A stretch of 30,354 nt of DNA from a virus, in UHGV virus genome UHGV-0236227; one strand, given 5' to 3'. Under the pieces are notes generated by a model. It ran no database searches, was not told the DNA's origin, and saw only the letters and a list, made by a program, of their open reading frames with translations. A program made the position numbers and the translations under genes. Positions 9,315-17,193 of the stretch are shown here, piece after piece (the stretch's first letter is position 1; every line of letters begins with the position of its first letter).

Positions 9315-9339
9315 GCCCGGTTCGCCGGGCATTTTTTTA
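9315..9339 (+). terminator. Intrinsic terminator immediately upstream of the 118-aa ORF RBS
   Basis: GCCCGG-ttcg-CCGGGC hairpin followed by a run of 7 T. Confidence 0.55.
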
Positions 9340-9349
9340 AGGTGAGATT

Positions 9350-9706
9350 ATGAACGACCAGCAAATCGAAAAAGAAATCGCTGAGAAAGGCAAAACGGCA
9401 CCGCGAGTTACGCCCCAATATATCGAAAGCATCATTCTTGAAGAGCATTTCTTTACTGCTTATGACGGCATTCGTGCTGCCAATATGGGCGTTGGCGATT
9501 CATGGACAGCGCATAAATCTACAGACCTCCTGACTTTCTGCGTACTGGTGCTGAAGAATGGCTTCACCGTCACCGGAGAGAGCGCCTGTGCAAGCCCGGA
9601 AAACTTTGATGCAGAAATTGGTCGGAAGATTGCCCGGCAGAATGCTGTAAACAAAATCTGGATGCTTGAAGGTTACTTGCTGAAGCAGAAGTTAAGCGAG
9701 CAATAA
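9350..9706 (+). CDS. Small phage accessory protein (Gp49-like, tentative)
   Basis: 118-aa ORF with AGGTGA Shine-Dalgarno; opposite strand to flanking terminase and portal; family assignment is from recalled motifs only. Confidence 0.55.
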   Translation: MNDQQIEKEIAEKGKTAPRVTPQYIESIILEEHFFTAYDGIRAANMGVGDSWTAHKSTDLLTFCVLVLKNGFTVTGESACASPENFDAEIGRKIARQNAVNKIWMLEGYLLKQKLSEQ

Positions 9707-9710
9707 CACC

Positions 9711-9722
9711 GTGACATGTCAC
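9711..9722. repeat. Perfect 12-bp palindrome GTGACATGTCAC (copy 1), preceded by ATAACACC
   Basis: Read directly; second copy at 12165..12176 with the same ATAACACC context. Confidence 0.6.
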
Positions 9723-9726
9723 AAAC

Positions 9727-9753
9727 AGCCAGCCTATGAGCTGGCTTTGTTTT
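9727..9753 (+). terminator. Intrinsic terminator after the 118-aa ORF
   Basis: AGCCAGC-N6-GCTGGCT hairpin followed by TTGTTTT. Confidence 0.55.
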
Positions 9754-9796
9754 ATCCTCACCAGAGGATATCAACGACATTATCCCCACCAGCGGA

Positions 9797-11272
9797 TTAA
9801 GCATAGGGATCGTAATCTGTAATGGCCTTGCCTTGCTGGTTCTGCTGACCTGGAATTCGCAGACGCTTCGACACAGGGAAAGCAAACGTCAGCAATAGCG
9901 CATCGCCTTTACCCGGCGAACGCCCAAGACGCTCTTTGATATCTTCCTTCGGTTCGATAACGATTTTACCGTCCACACGAACTTTGTACTCTGCCGCCGA
10001 CAGGTCGTCTGCAGTTTCCTGGTCATCCAGCATGCCGCCCAGCCTCAGCCATGTCTTACATGAGTTGAACATCTCCCCACGCTTGTTAAGCATCTGCGGG
10101 TCAGTGGACGCACCGCCGAACGGAACAAGTTGCCATGTACGTCCCCAGCCATCACCGATTGACTTCAGACCGGTTCCGTAACCGAAGTCGATGAACACCG
10201 CGTCAGCCTGGTACTGGTCTTCAAAGTCAGCGATACGCTTCGCCATAATCAGATCGTCGGTGGTCTTGTTGCCGGTCCACAGCACCTTACTGTGCAGCCC
10301 CTGCCGCAGGTATATCACCGCGTCATCAACGCCTGAATATGCCGGGTCAACACCGATTATCACCGGAGCATGTGCAACCTGCGCAGCGGTTACCACCCGT
10401 TTCATTGCCTCGTCAGTAAGACCGGTAGGGATAAACTGCAATTCAGATGCATCAGGGAATATGCCACGCACACGGATTTTAACGAAGTCGCTATCTTCCC
10501 CGTAGTCATCAACCCATTTCTGCAACTGCTGTTTGTTGGTGCCTTCCACCGTCCTGCTGTCAATCTGCGCAGTTTTCCAGCGGTGTTTGTATTTGCGGAA
10601 ACATTCACGGAAACGCCCGGTGTTACGTGTAGGGTTTCCGAAAGCCACCCAGATAATCTCAGTGTCTTCGTCCGTTAGCGCACCCTCGGCAACTTCCCAC
10701 ACCAGATCCGCAATGTTCGACGCTTCATCAAATACCACGATGATGCGTTTACGCTCGTTGTGTAGTCCGGCGAATGCCTCAGTGTTGTGCTCAGACCAGG
10801 GGATTGCGTCAGCTCGCCACCGCTTGTCGTGCCCAGGGTCATTGCTGTACATCGCGGTAGCGGTACAGGTAAACCAGTCTTTCGTGATAGCAAGGTTTGA
10901 CCACTTGATAATTTCCGGCCAGGTCTTCGTTCGTAGCTGGTTGTCGGTGTTGGCGGTCACCACGACCTTACAATCCTCGCAAGTGGACATGCCCCAGTTG
11001 GTCAGCATTGAGATGAATGCGGATTTACCAATACCGTGACCAGAAGCACGTGCCAGCATAAGCGGCTGATATCGCGTCTCTGGATTCTGCAGGTGATCAC
11101 GTATCTCTCGGAACGCATCAGCCTGCCACTGACGTGGGCCGGTGGCATGTGCCAGTTCAGTCCCCTCTTCCCCCCATGGGAACGCATAGAGGGCATAGCC
11201 AAGCGGATCGTGAGTGAACCCTGCAATATCCTCGATTAACTGCTCTTCAGGAGATAACGCTGTATCTGTCAC
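9797..11272 (-). CDS. Terminase large subunit
   Basis: 491-aa ORF with Walker A-like ASGHGIGKS, Walker B-like IIVVFDEAS and a C-terminal acidic nuclease-like segment (VIIGVDPAYSG); ATGA coupling to the terS-like gene. Confidence 0.9.
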   Translation of the reverse strand: MTDTALSPEEQLIEDIAGFTHDPLGYALYAFPWGEEGTELAHATGPRQWQADAFREIRDHLQNPETRYQPLMLARASGHGIGKSAFISMLTNWGMSTCEDCKVVVTANTDNQLRTKTWPEIIKWSNLAITKDWFTCTATAMYSNDPGHDKRWRADAIPWSEHNTEAFAGLHNERKRIIVVFDEASNIADLVWEVAEGALTDEDTEIIWVAFGNPTRNTGRFRECFRKYKHRWKTAQIDSRTVEGTNKQQLQKWVDDYGEDSDFVKIRVRGIFPDASELQFIPTGLTDEAMKRVVTAAQVAHAPVIIGVDPAYSGVDDAVIYLRQGLHSKVLWTGNKTTDDLIMAKRIADFEDQYQADAVFIDFGYGTGLKSIGDGWGRTWQLVPFGGASTDPQMLNKRGEMFNSCKTWLRLGGMLDDQETADDLSAAEYKVRVDGKIVIEPKEDIKERLGRSPGKGDALLLTFAFPVSKRLRIPGQQNQQGKAITDYDPYA

Positions 11273-11868
11273 TGATTGCCATCCTGACGTTCTTTCAGTC
11301 TCTTCCTGGCTGCCGCTATGCGATCAGCAATTGTCACATTCACATTAACATCCAGGCGTTCTTTGAATGCGTTGACGTCGACGTGCTTACCAATCAGTTC
11401 GAGGTTCTTCACCTTGTCAGGCCATTTAATTTTTTTGAGGATGCCAACCAGCTCTTTCTCGTCTCCACGGCCTTCGAACATGTCGGCCAGTTCGAAACCT
11501 GTCAGGTACTGCCGCCAGACCTTAGGCCATTCCGAGACCGGCTTGATGCTCATATCGTCGTTGAGAATGTCAATCACGTCCATCTGGTCGATCTCCACCA
11601 GGCGCATGAGAACGTAATCAGCACTGACGCGCATTCGTTTGTTGCGCTCCTCCATCAACTCGGCAATCCGTTTTTGAATGCGTTCATCGCGCATCATGAC
11701 ACTGGCTTTAACTGCCGCTGTATTTGGGGAGAATCCTGCGTTAATCGCAGCCTGAGTCTGGTTTTCAGGCGTTTGGATGTATGACTGGCAATAAGCCTCC
11801 TGCATTGCTGTTAGTGGCTTAAATTGCGTTGATTTGCGTTTATAGGTTTTAGGTTCAGCAGGCATCAT
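11269..11868 (-). CDS. Terminase small subunit
   Basis: Directly upstream of and coupled to terL; conserved-looking core. Start uncertain: likely the internal ATG pair at 11868/11865 rather than the track start at 11946. Confidence 0.7.
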   Translation of the reverse strand: MMPAEPKTYKRKSTQFKPLTAMQEAYCQSYIQTPENQTQAAINAGFSPNTAAVKASVMMRDERIQKRIAELMEERNKRMRVSADYVLMRLVEIDQMDVIDILNDDMSIKPVSEWPKVWRQYLTGFELADMFEGRGDEKELVGILKKIKWPDKVKNLELIGKHVDVNAFKERLDVNVNVTIADRIAAARKRLKERQDGNQ

Positions 11869-11876
11869 AACCACCG

Positions 11877-11907
11877 TGGTAATAGTTACCGTTGTGGTAA
11901 TAGTACC
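11877..11907. repeat. Tandem copies of GTGGTAATAGT(T)ACC, each an inverted GGTAA...TTACC unit, just upstream of terS
   Basis: Two direct repeats 17 bp apart (11877..11890 and 11894..11907), between a terminator hairpin and the terS start codon. Confidence 0.45.
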
Positions 11908-11909
11908 AT

Positions 11910-11937
11910 GCAAAATAAAGCCGCCATAGTTGGCGGC
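11910..11937 (-). terminator. Intrinsic terminator upstream of the packaging and structural operon
   Basis: GCCGCCA-tagt-TGGCGGC hairpin followed on the minus strand by TTTATTTTG. Confidence 0.55.
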
Positions 11938-11942
11938 AGTAT

Positions 11943-12176
11943 TCAAAGTCCATCAAATTCATCGTAAAAACTCTCGTCAAGATACCCTTCCCATTTACCG
12001 CGAATGAAAATTACATCCTCGCCGCAAGGGTGCTGACTGTCGATAACTATATCCCTCCTGGCGCAACCATACTTATGCATGAGAAATTTAACCTCTTTCG
12101 GAAAATTTGCTGAGTTATCTCTCATATCTTCAAGGTCGTAGCGTATTTTTGGCATAACACCTTCGTGACATGTCAC
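11943..12176 (-). CDS. Hypothetical protein
   Basis: 77-aa ORF; start ambiguous (GTG at 12176 or ATG at 12155). Confidence 0.4.
   Translation of the reverse strand: MTCHEGVMPKIRYDLEDMRDNSANFPKEVKFLMHKYGCARRDIVIDSQHPCGEDVIFIRGKWEGYLDESFYDEFDGL
12165..12176. repeat. Perfect 12-bp palindrome GTGACATGTCAC (copy 2)
   Basis: Identical to 9711..9722, including the upstream ATAACACC. Confidence 0.6.
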
Positions 12177-12520
12177 ACTATTAATTTCGTTTCATGCCAG
12201 CCTTTAGTCACCCAGCATTGCGAGTCACCATTACACGGGCATGAATTAACGGGAACTCTCTCGCCGCACTTACCGCAAAGTTTTCTGCTGATCGATTTTA
12301 TACGCCCGCGCACACGTGCATCATCCTGGCGGATCAGCAGCGCGATGTACTCGGCCATTTCATAGGGATCGTGACCAGGGCGCCGGGCGGCGCAGTTCCG
12401 CGCCAGCATTTCCTGCTCCTGCTTATCCAGCACCAGTTCAATTTTGCGCTCACCAGCGGCGGACTGCCGAGCGCGCTGCGCGGCTTTGCGTTCTGCGGGG
12501 GATTTAGCCACGAATCGCAC
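12173..12520 (-). CDS. Cys-rich putative zinc-binding protein (candidate late-gene regulator or Lar-like protein)
   Basis: 115-aa ORF (GTG start in the track); basic N-terminus and C-terminal C-x2-C...C-x-C cluster (CGKCGERVPVNSCPCNGDSQC). Function is inferred from position upstream of terS. Confidence 0.45.
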   Translation of the reverse strand: MRFVAKSPAERKAAQRARQSAAGERKIELVLDKQEQEMLARNCAARRPGHDPYEMAEYIALLIRQDDARVRGRIKSISRKLCGKCGERVPVNSCPCNGDSQCWVTKGWHETKLIV

Positions 12521-12626
12521 TCCACGCCAGATTGATTAATGACTCCCAGGCAATATAAACCAGGATACCAGCAGCCAGGCCGAAACCAATCACCATGGCA
12601 TAAAGCAGAGCGTTGCGCTTGTTCAT
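12504..12626 (-). CDS. Small hydrophobic peptide (single predicted transmembrane helix)
   Basis: 40-aa ORF (MNKRNALLYAMVIGFGLAAGILVYIAWESLINLAWSAIRG) with a perfect AGGAGG Shine-Dalgarno 7 nt upstream; start overlaps the stop of the upstream gene (TAATG). Below the track's size cut-off. Confidence 0.4.
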   Translation of the reverse strand: MNKRNALLYAMVIGFGLAAGILVYIAWESLINLAWSAIRG

Positions 12627-13288
12627 TACTTCGCCTCCTGCGGCGGTTCCGGTAGCGGCATCCAGTGAGTTACGTCATCCAAGATATTTCCTGATAAATA
12701 CGTGAAAGCTCTATATTTTTTGTAATCAATTGGATTTACAACCCAGTTCCAATATGCGGCCACGATTTCACCTTGACTAAATGCCAGTAACATTTTGGTG
12801 TCTTCCGGCATTCGATCACTACAGCTTATCCAACCACCCGGAGTTACCGGAGAGTTGCCGCGTTCTTTAATGTGCAAGCGAGGCTCACCATCTTTTGGTT
12901 CAGGCCACTGGCGTTCCATGTTGATCTTCAATTTATTTTCCATAGCAGCGGTAATTTCAGCATCACTGATACCAGCACGGCGCTGTGCATCCCACAACAG
13001 AAACTGCATATCAGCCCACTCGCTAAGATCGTCTGGTTCGGCTGCGGCTTCCAGTGCCTCTTTTGAGAGATGTTTCAGCGGACCAATGGGGCCAACGCAG
13101 CCAAATGTGGAGTCAGACCATTTGGCATGCTCGTGGCGAATCTGTTCGCGTTCCAGTGAGGCGAGAGCGATTTTAAATGCTGTAAGCATGTGTGCTTGAT
13201 CGTTGTCGAGTCCGAATGGCATTTCATCTCGTGCTGACTCAATACTGGTAATCGTATTTTGTAGCCATTCTTTGGTAAAAGTGCTCAT
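12626..13288 (-). CDS. DUF550/DUF551-like phage protein (MazG-like pyrophosphohydrolase-type N-terminal domain, tentative)
   Basis: 220-aa ORF; recalled resemblance to DUF550 and DUF551 motifs (C-terminal THWMPLP). Confidence 0.55.
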   Translation of the reverse strand: MSTFTKEWLQNTITSIESARDEMPFGLDNDQAHMLTAFKIALASLEREQIRHEHAKWSDSTFGCVGPIGPLKHLSKEALEAAAEPDDLSEWADMQFLLWDAQRRAGISDAEITAAMENKLKINMERQWPEPKDGEPRLHIKERGNSPVTPGGWISCSDRMPEDTKMLLAFSQGEIVAAYWNWVVNPIDYKKYRAFTYLSGNILDDVTHWMPLPEPPQEAK

Positions 13289-13788
13289 CGTAAAATATCC
13301 TCTATACTGGTAAGTCCTTCATTATTTAGCCAGATCATGGCGTCATCCGGCAACTTGCTGTCTGGTTTGGCGTTTTTGAGAGAGGAACTCAGTCGCTTAA
13401 TCCACATTGTCACCTCAGTAATGCGCCTGTCTTTGCCTTCCAGCTCAACACGCAGCTTCCCTACCGTTAGCGCAATATCCTCGTTCTCCTGGTCGCGGCG
13501 TTTGATGTATTGCTGGTTTCTTTCCCGTTCATCCAGCAGTGCCAGCACGGTAGCCGGGTTAGCCTCTGCTATGAATTCAGCGTTTGCATAAGCCTGAGCA
13601 TCTGATTCAATCAGGCAGTTAACATGACATTCCGCAATCACGCCACCGGGTTCTCCTTTCCATTTTTGACAAACAAAAACTCCTGTTAAATTGCCGTGCT
13701 GGTTAACAGATGTATGCCCTACGATGTAGCTTCCTTTAGTTGCTTTCTCTGCCTTTTCACGCAGTGCCTGATAGTCAATCTTGCTCAC
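13285..13788 (-). CDS. Ead/Ea22-like protein
   Basis: 167-aa ORF containing the NPATVLALLDE motif typical of lambdoid Ead/Ea22-like proteins. Confidence 0.55.
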   Translation of the reverse strand: MSKIDYQALREKAEKATKGSYIVGHTSVNQHGNLTGVFVCQKWKGEPGGVIAECHVNCLIESDAQAYANAEFIAEANPATVLALLDERERNQQYIKRRDQENEDIALTVGKLRVELEGKDRRITEVTMWIKRLSSSLKNAKPDSKLPDDAMIWLNNEGLTSIEDILR

Positions 13789-14291
13789 TGGTTGCCTCCT
13801 TTGCGAAGCTGGTCGGCGAACAAACGTACACCAGACGCTTCACTGCGTAGAAACTTAACGGCATCATCAAAACCACCTCGTTCTGCGTCGTCTGCTCCGT
13901 TGTCGAGGTTATCTGCGTACATCTCTACCCCCTGCGCCCGTACTTCAGCCAGGAAAGCATCGGTGGCTGGGGGTTCGATATCGTTAATTTCAGGAAGAAT
14001 CTCTTCCCATGTGGCGATATCGCCATTCAAATGCCATCCGGAAATTCCACTGGAGTTATCCGCAACACTGCGAACGGCTTCAATAGTTTCGAGCATTACC
14101 GCACTCTCCGCCGCCAGCGCCGCGCATCTGGCTTCAAGTTCCGCAAACTTATCAGCTACTGACTTCGGACCGTCTTCACCGCATGCCTGCATCATGGCTG
14201 TTTCCCATGCCCGCTCATTAGCCAGAGCAGCATCACAGAGACGTCGAGATCTGTTCAGTTGCTCTTCAAGTTCTTCATAACTCGGTTTCAT
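13785..14291 (-). CDS. Hypothetical acidic protein (early-region accessory)
   Basis: 168-aa ORF, ATGA-coupled to the downstream gene. Confidence 0.5.
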   Translation of the reverse strand: MKPSYEELEEQLNRSRRLCDAALANERAWETAMMQACGEDGPKSVADKFAELEARCAALAAESAVMLETIEAVRSVADNSSGISGWHLNGDIATWEEILPEINDIEPPATDAFLAEVRAQGVEMYADNLDNGADDAERGGFDDAVKFLRSEASGVRLFADQLRKGGNQ

Positions 14292-14352
14292 CTTTACCCT
14301 CGCTTATCCACATAACTTATTGATTACATTGATAACTAAAAAGATCGTCGAT

Positions 14353-14961
14353 TCATGCCGATCTATTTTTCATCAGTGATTCATAAAACTTTTGCCACTT
14401 ATGCCGACCGAAATTAGCCTTCGAGTTACAGCTCGAACAAAGGCAAATAAGGTTCTCCTGACGACAGTCTTGCTTGTCGTAATTGATGTGATGAGTTGTT
14501 AGCCTTTTGTCTGTTCCATCACAACCTGGGTTCTGACAAGTAAAACCATCTCGCTCAATAACCCTCTTGCTCGTTTCTCGGAAATCCCACGGATACGGCA
14601 ATCTCGATAATCCACCAGACCAGTTTGGATTTCCTTCCCCCTTCATCAGAGAAGAACGCATTATGTTGGAACACTGTTTCGAGCAGCATTTATGACGCTT
14701 CTCATGACTCAAGAAAACGGAGAACGAAGATCCGCATACGCAGCATATTTTTAATACTCGCTTTAGTTCCCGATTTACCGTCTTGCCTCGCTGTGAAATT
14801 CCTACACACTGAAGTGAGCAGAACCTTGAAGATGAGTTGGCTCGCTTAACCTGATATTGCCTGCCACATACGGAACAAACCTTTTCGATTTTCCCACCCT
14901 TCCAATTCGGGTTTTTATCACCGGATACAATCAATCCCGCAGCATTGGGCTTCTCGCTCAT
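14353..14961 (-). CDS. HNH endonuclease
   Basis: 202-aa ORF with duplicated NPNW-GG...C-x-C-G modules and an HNH-type motif (HHINYDKQD...NLICLCSSCN). Confidence 0.7.
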   Translation of the reverse strand: MSEKPNAAGLIVSGDKNPNWKGGKIEKVCSVCGRQYQVKRANSSSRFCSLQCVGISQRGKTVNRELKRVLKICCVCGSSFSVFLSHEKRHKCCSKQCSNIMRSSLMKGEGNPNWSGGLSRLPYPWDFRETSKRVIERDGFTCQNPGCDGTDKRLTTHHINYDKQDCRQENLICLCSSCNSKANFGRHKWQKFYESLMKNRSA

Positions 14962-15311
14962 AGTTCCTCAACCTCCCATCCACCACCGAGCTTTTTAGGT
15001 TTTGGATAAGCAACCTGAAAGACAAACGGATAGCTGTCTGCCGCAACCTTCATCTTGACTCTCGCATCGTCAGTAAAGACTGACTTACTTCCCTTAACGT
15101 CCACCATCACCAACTGCCCGTCAGCCAACATCACGGCAAAATCTAAAGTCAGGAAGCAGTTGTCAGCTAACCGCAGCTTGATACCCTCGAATCGATACCA
15201 GGCGATTTCCCCTGCACGTTTACGCTGCTCAAGGTGCTGGCAATACGCAGATTCTGTTTTGTTCATCTGGCCTGTTTTGAGTCGACCAAGAGCCTGTATC
15301 TGTTTTCTCAT
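14958..15311 (-). CDS. DUF1064-like protein (putative nuclease/resolvase-like)
   Basis: 117-aa ORF; AGGGG Shine-Dalgarno; family assignment recalled, not computed. Confidence 0.45.
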   Translation of the reverse strand: MRKQIQALGRLKTGQMNKTESAYCQHLEQRKRAGEIAWYRFEGIKLRLADNCFLTLDFAVMLADGQLVMVDVKGSKSVFTDDARVKMKVAADSYPFVFQVAYPKPKKLGGGWEVEEL

Positions 15312-15314
15312 GAT

Positions 15315-15329
15315 TTACCCCTGAGGTAA
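15315..15329. promoter_or_regulatory. TTACC-N5-GGTAA palindrome (putative operator)
   Basis: TTACCCCTGAGGTAA; overlaps the RBS region of the downstream minus-strand gene. Confidence 0.45.
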
Positions 15330-15376
15330 TTAAAAACCACATAAGACACGAAATCAATAGATTTTAGAATATTTTA

Positions 15377-15391
15377 TTACCCAACAGGTAA
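15377..15391. promoter_or_regulatory. TTACC-N5-GGTAA palindrome (putative operator)
   Basis: TTACCCAACAGGTAA in the P-like / DUF1064-like intergenic region. Confidence 0.45.
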
Positions 15392-15428
15392 TCATCGAGA
15401 CGTAAAAAAATGCGCTATCGCGCTGGTA

Positions 15429-16211
15429 TTACTTGATAAATCCTGCCGCCTTTCCCCGCCTGTATTCCTCCATCAGCCACTGCGCCGGTGTTATTCCCCC
15501 CAGGGTGGCGGCGTTAGGCATGCACCCGAAACTTCGCCCTGGTGGATGGTAAACGTCTCTCCCTGTATCCGGAGGTGTACTCATGGGTTCTGGCTTTGCC
15601 TGTATGCTGATCACCGGATCGGGTATCTGCTGTCCGGAAGCCACCTTTTTCGCCCAATCATCGAGCAGCCTGCGCGCGTGTTTCTCAACCTCAATCTCGC
15701 TAAGCTGGCGCTGATACATTGCACGGCGGGTATCACATACGACCCAGTACATAACCGGATGTCGCCACGGGAATCTTTCGGGACCACCAGGATATAAACT
15801 TTTTTCCTTGCTGTACCGGTGAAACTCCGCCATCACATCGTCAATGGTGACGCCAAGAACCATCTTGCTGTCTTTACACCACTTGATAAATTGCCCTGGC
15901 GACGGCCAGAACGGAGATTCACTGGCGCGGGCGTGGCGCATACCAGCGTTAACCTGTTCCATTGTTGTGATCCCATTCTCCAGAAACGCAAGCATCCATT
16001 GTTTTCGAAATTCGTTTAGCTTTCCTTGCTCGCTGATAGCAGCGATGCTGCCTGGAAATGCAGCCTGTAACTGGACAAACATTTCGTTGAAAATTCTTGC
16101 AACCTGCTCCTTCTTTGCCCTTTCATCGTCAGCAGAAGCAACCGCCGTCGAGTGGTCATGCCCACCACGAAAGCGATCGTACTCATTAAGAAGTTCTGGA
16201 GTTGATTTCAT
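15429..16211 (-). CDS. Replication protein P-like (helicase loader)
   Basis: Recalled similarity to lambda P (LAFLENGITTMEQVNAGMR...PSPGQF); start taken at ATG 16211 with GAGGTG Shine-Dalgarno (track ORF begins 4 codons upstream). Confidence 0.75.
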   Translation of the reverse strand: MKSTPELLNEYDRFRGGHDHSTAVASADDERAKKEQVARIFNEMFVQLQAAFPGSIAAISEQGKLNEFRKQWMLAFLENGITTMEQVNAGMRHARASESPFWPSPGQFIKWCKDSKMVLGVTIDDVMAEFHRYSKEKSLYPGGPERFPWRHPVMYWVVCDTRRAMYQRQLSEIEVEKHARRLLDDWAKKVASGQQIPDPVISIQAKPEPMSTPPDTGRDVYHPPGRSFGCMPNAATLGGITPAQWLMEEYRRGKAAGFIK

Positions 16212-16977
16212 CCCACACCTCATCTATCCAGTCAGTGTTATGCCAGTCAAGGCTCTTTCTGACTTCACCTGATTTCTGTCTACAGAACTGGATGCGCCTT
16301 GCCAGCTTCTGCTCCCACTGTGCCTGATGGTATGCCTTACCCTCAGCCATCCAGTAAATTCTGAACTCTGCAAGTTCCTGTGCCGTTGGCAGACTGTCCA
16401 GGTAGATTCCCTGCAATGAGCTTTTCCGAAGAAAGTCATCTGATGGCTGCCATTGTTCATGCATGACAAATTTGCCTAATTGCCCTGGCCCACCAGGAGG
16501 AACAAAGTTATTCATCACGGCGTTGTTTGCGCCGGGGTCATGAGGCACAGAATCCCCGGTTTTTGTCCTGCTCTCCCTCTCTTGGTTAAATGACTGGTTA
16601 TATGACTGGTTCTGGATCCCGTTTTTGGGATCATTCAACATCCCGTTTTCGGGAACATTACCGTTTTCGGGTTCATTACACCCTTCTAGGTTGCCTTTAA
16701 TGTTCCCGTTTTTGGTTATATTAAGAGAGAAAACCCGCACTCTTTTTGTCGCTCCCTTTCTCTCTCCGGTATCTGAAATAAGCCCCATTTTCATGAGCGA
16801 TATAAGCCCGGCCTGCACGGTTTTTTTATTCAGGCAAGTGTCTTTAACGAGGCGTTCTATGCTGGGGTAGCAGAGGTTATATTCATCGGCTCTGTCAGCC
16901 ATCGAGAGCAGTATGAGCTTTAATGATGAGCTACCTGGATCTGTCTCCCAGGCCCAATCTGTTGCATGTCTGCTCAT
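16186..16977 (-). CDS. Replication initiator (O-like; N-terminal HTH, C-terminal DnaT-like region)
   Basis: 263-aa ORF with GGAG Shine-Dalgarno; N-terminal winged-helix-like segment, Asn/Gly-rich linker encoded over an iteron cluster, C-terminal region resembling DnaT; overlaps the P-like start. Confidence 0.7.
   Translation of the reverse strand: MSRHATDWAWETDPGSSSLKLILLSMADRADEYNLCYPSIERLVKDTCLNKKTVQAGLISLMKMGLISDTGERKGATKRVRVFSLNITKNGNIKGNLEGCNEPENGNVPENGMLNDPKNGIQNQSYNQSFNQERESRTKTGDSVPHDPGANNAVMNNFVPPGGPGQLGKFVMHEQWQPSDDFLRKSSLQGIYLDSLPTAQELAEFRIYWMAEGKAYHQAQWEQKLARRIQFCRQKSGEVRKSLDWHNTDWIDEVWDEINSRTS
16591..16715. repeat. Origin-like iteron cluster inside the O-like gene
   Basis: TGACTGGTT twice (16591..16611), then four copies of (T)CCCGTTTTYGGG at 16617, 16641, 16659 and 16704, followed by an AT-rich stretch. 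Confidence 0.6.
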
Positions 16978-16992
16978 GATTAATCTCCGCTA

Positions 16993-17193
16993 TCAGTTTG
17001 AGTGTTGTGGGGAGGAATTAATCATGATCTGCTTAATCTCTGCCCTGATGCGACGGTTTGATTCCATGGTGCACTCAACACAGTGTCCGTTGTAAACCCA
17101 GCGTTCACTGTCATGTCCATGCTTACATGGTTTTCCGGTGTAGTAGCGTTTAAGTCCGCGCTTTGCGGCATCAATACGTGTAATGATTTCCAT
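16993..17193 (-). CDS. Small zinc-finger protein (hypothetical; cII-position)
   Basis: 66 aa from ATG 17193 with AGGG Shine-Dalgarno; Cys/His cluster (C-x-H...C-x2-C); between the Cro-like and O-like genes. Confidence 0.4.
   Translation of the reverse strand: MEIITRIDAAKRGLKRYYTGKPCKHGHDSERWVYNGHCVECTMESNRRIRAEIKQIMINSSPQHSN

Noticed and set aside
9081-9332. 83-aa minus-strand ORF overlapping the tRNA
   Set aside because: Overlaps the tRNA-Arg and its terminators on the opposite strand and has no RBS. The tRNA fold explains the sequence better.
12316-12525. Pro/Arg-rich ORFs on both strands (63 aa each) near 12.3..12.5 kb
   Set aside because: They overlap the better-supported 115-aa Cys-rich ORF in a GC-rich stretch, have no RBS and have low-complexity composition.
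16224-16469. 81-aa minus-strand ORF inside the O-like gene
   Set aside because: Alternate-frame ORF nested in the replication initiator gene, with no independent start signal.
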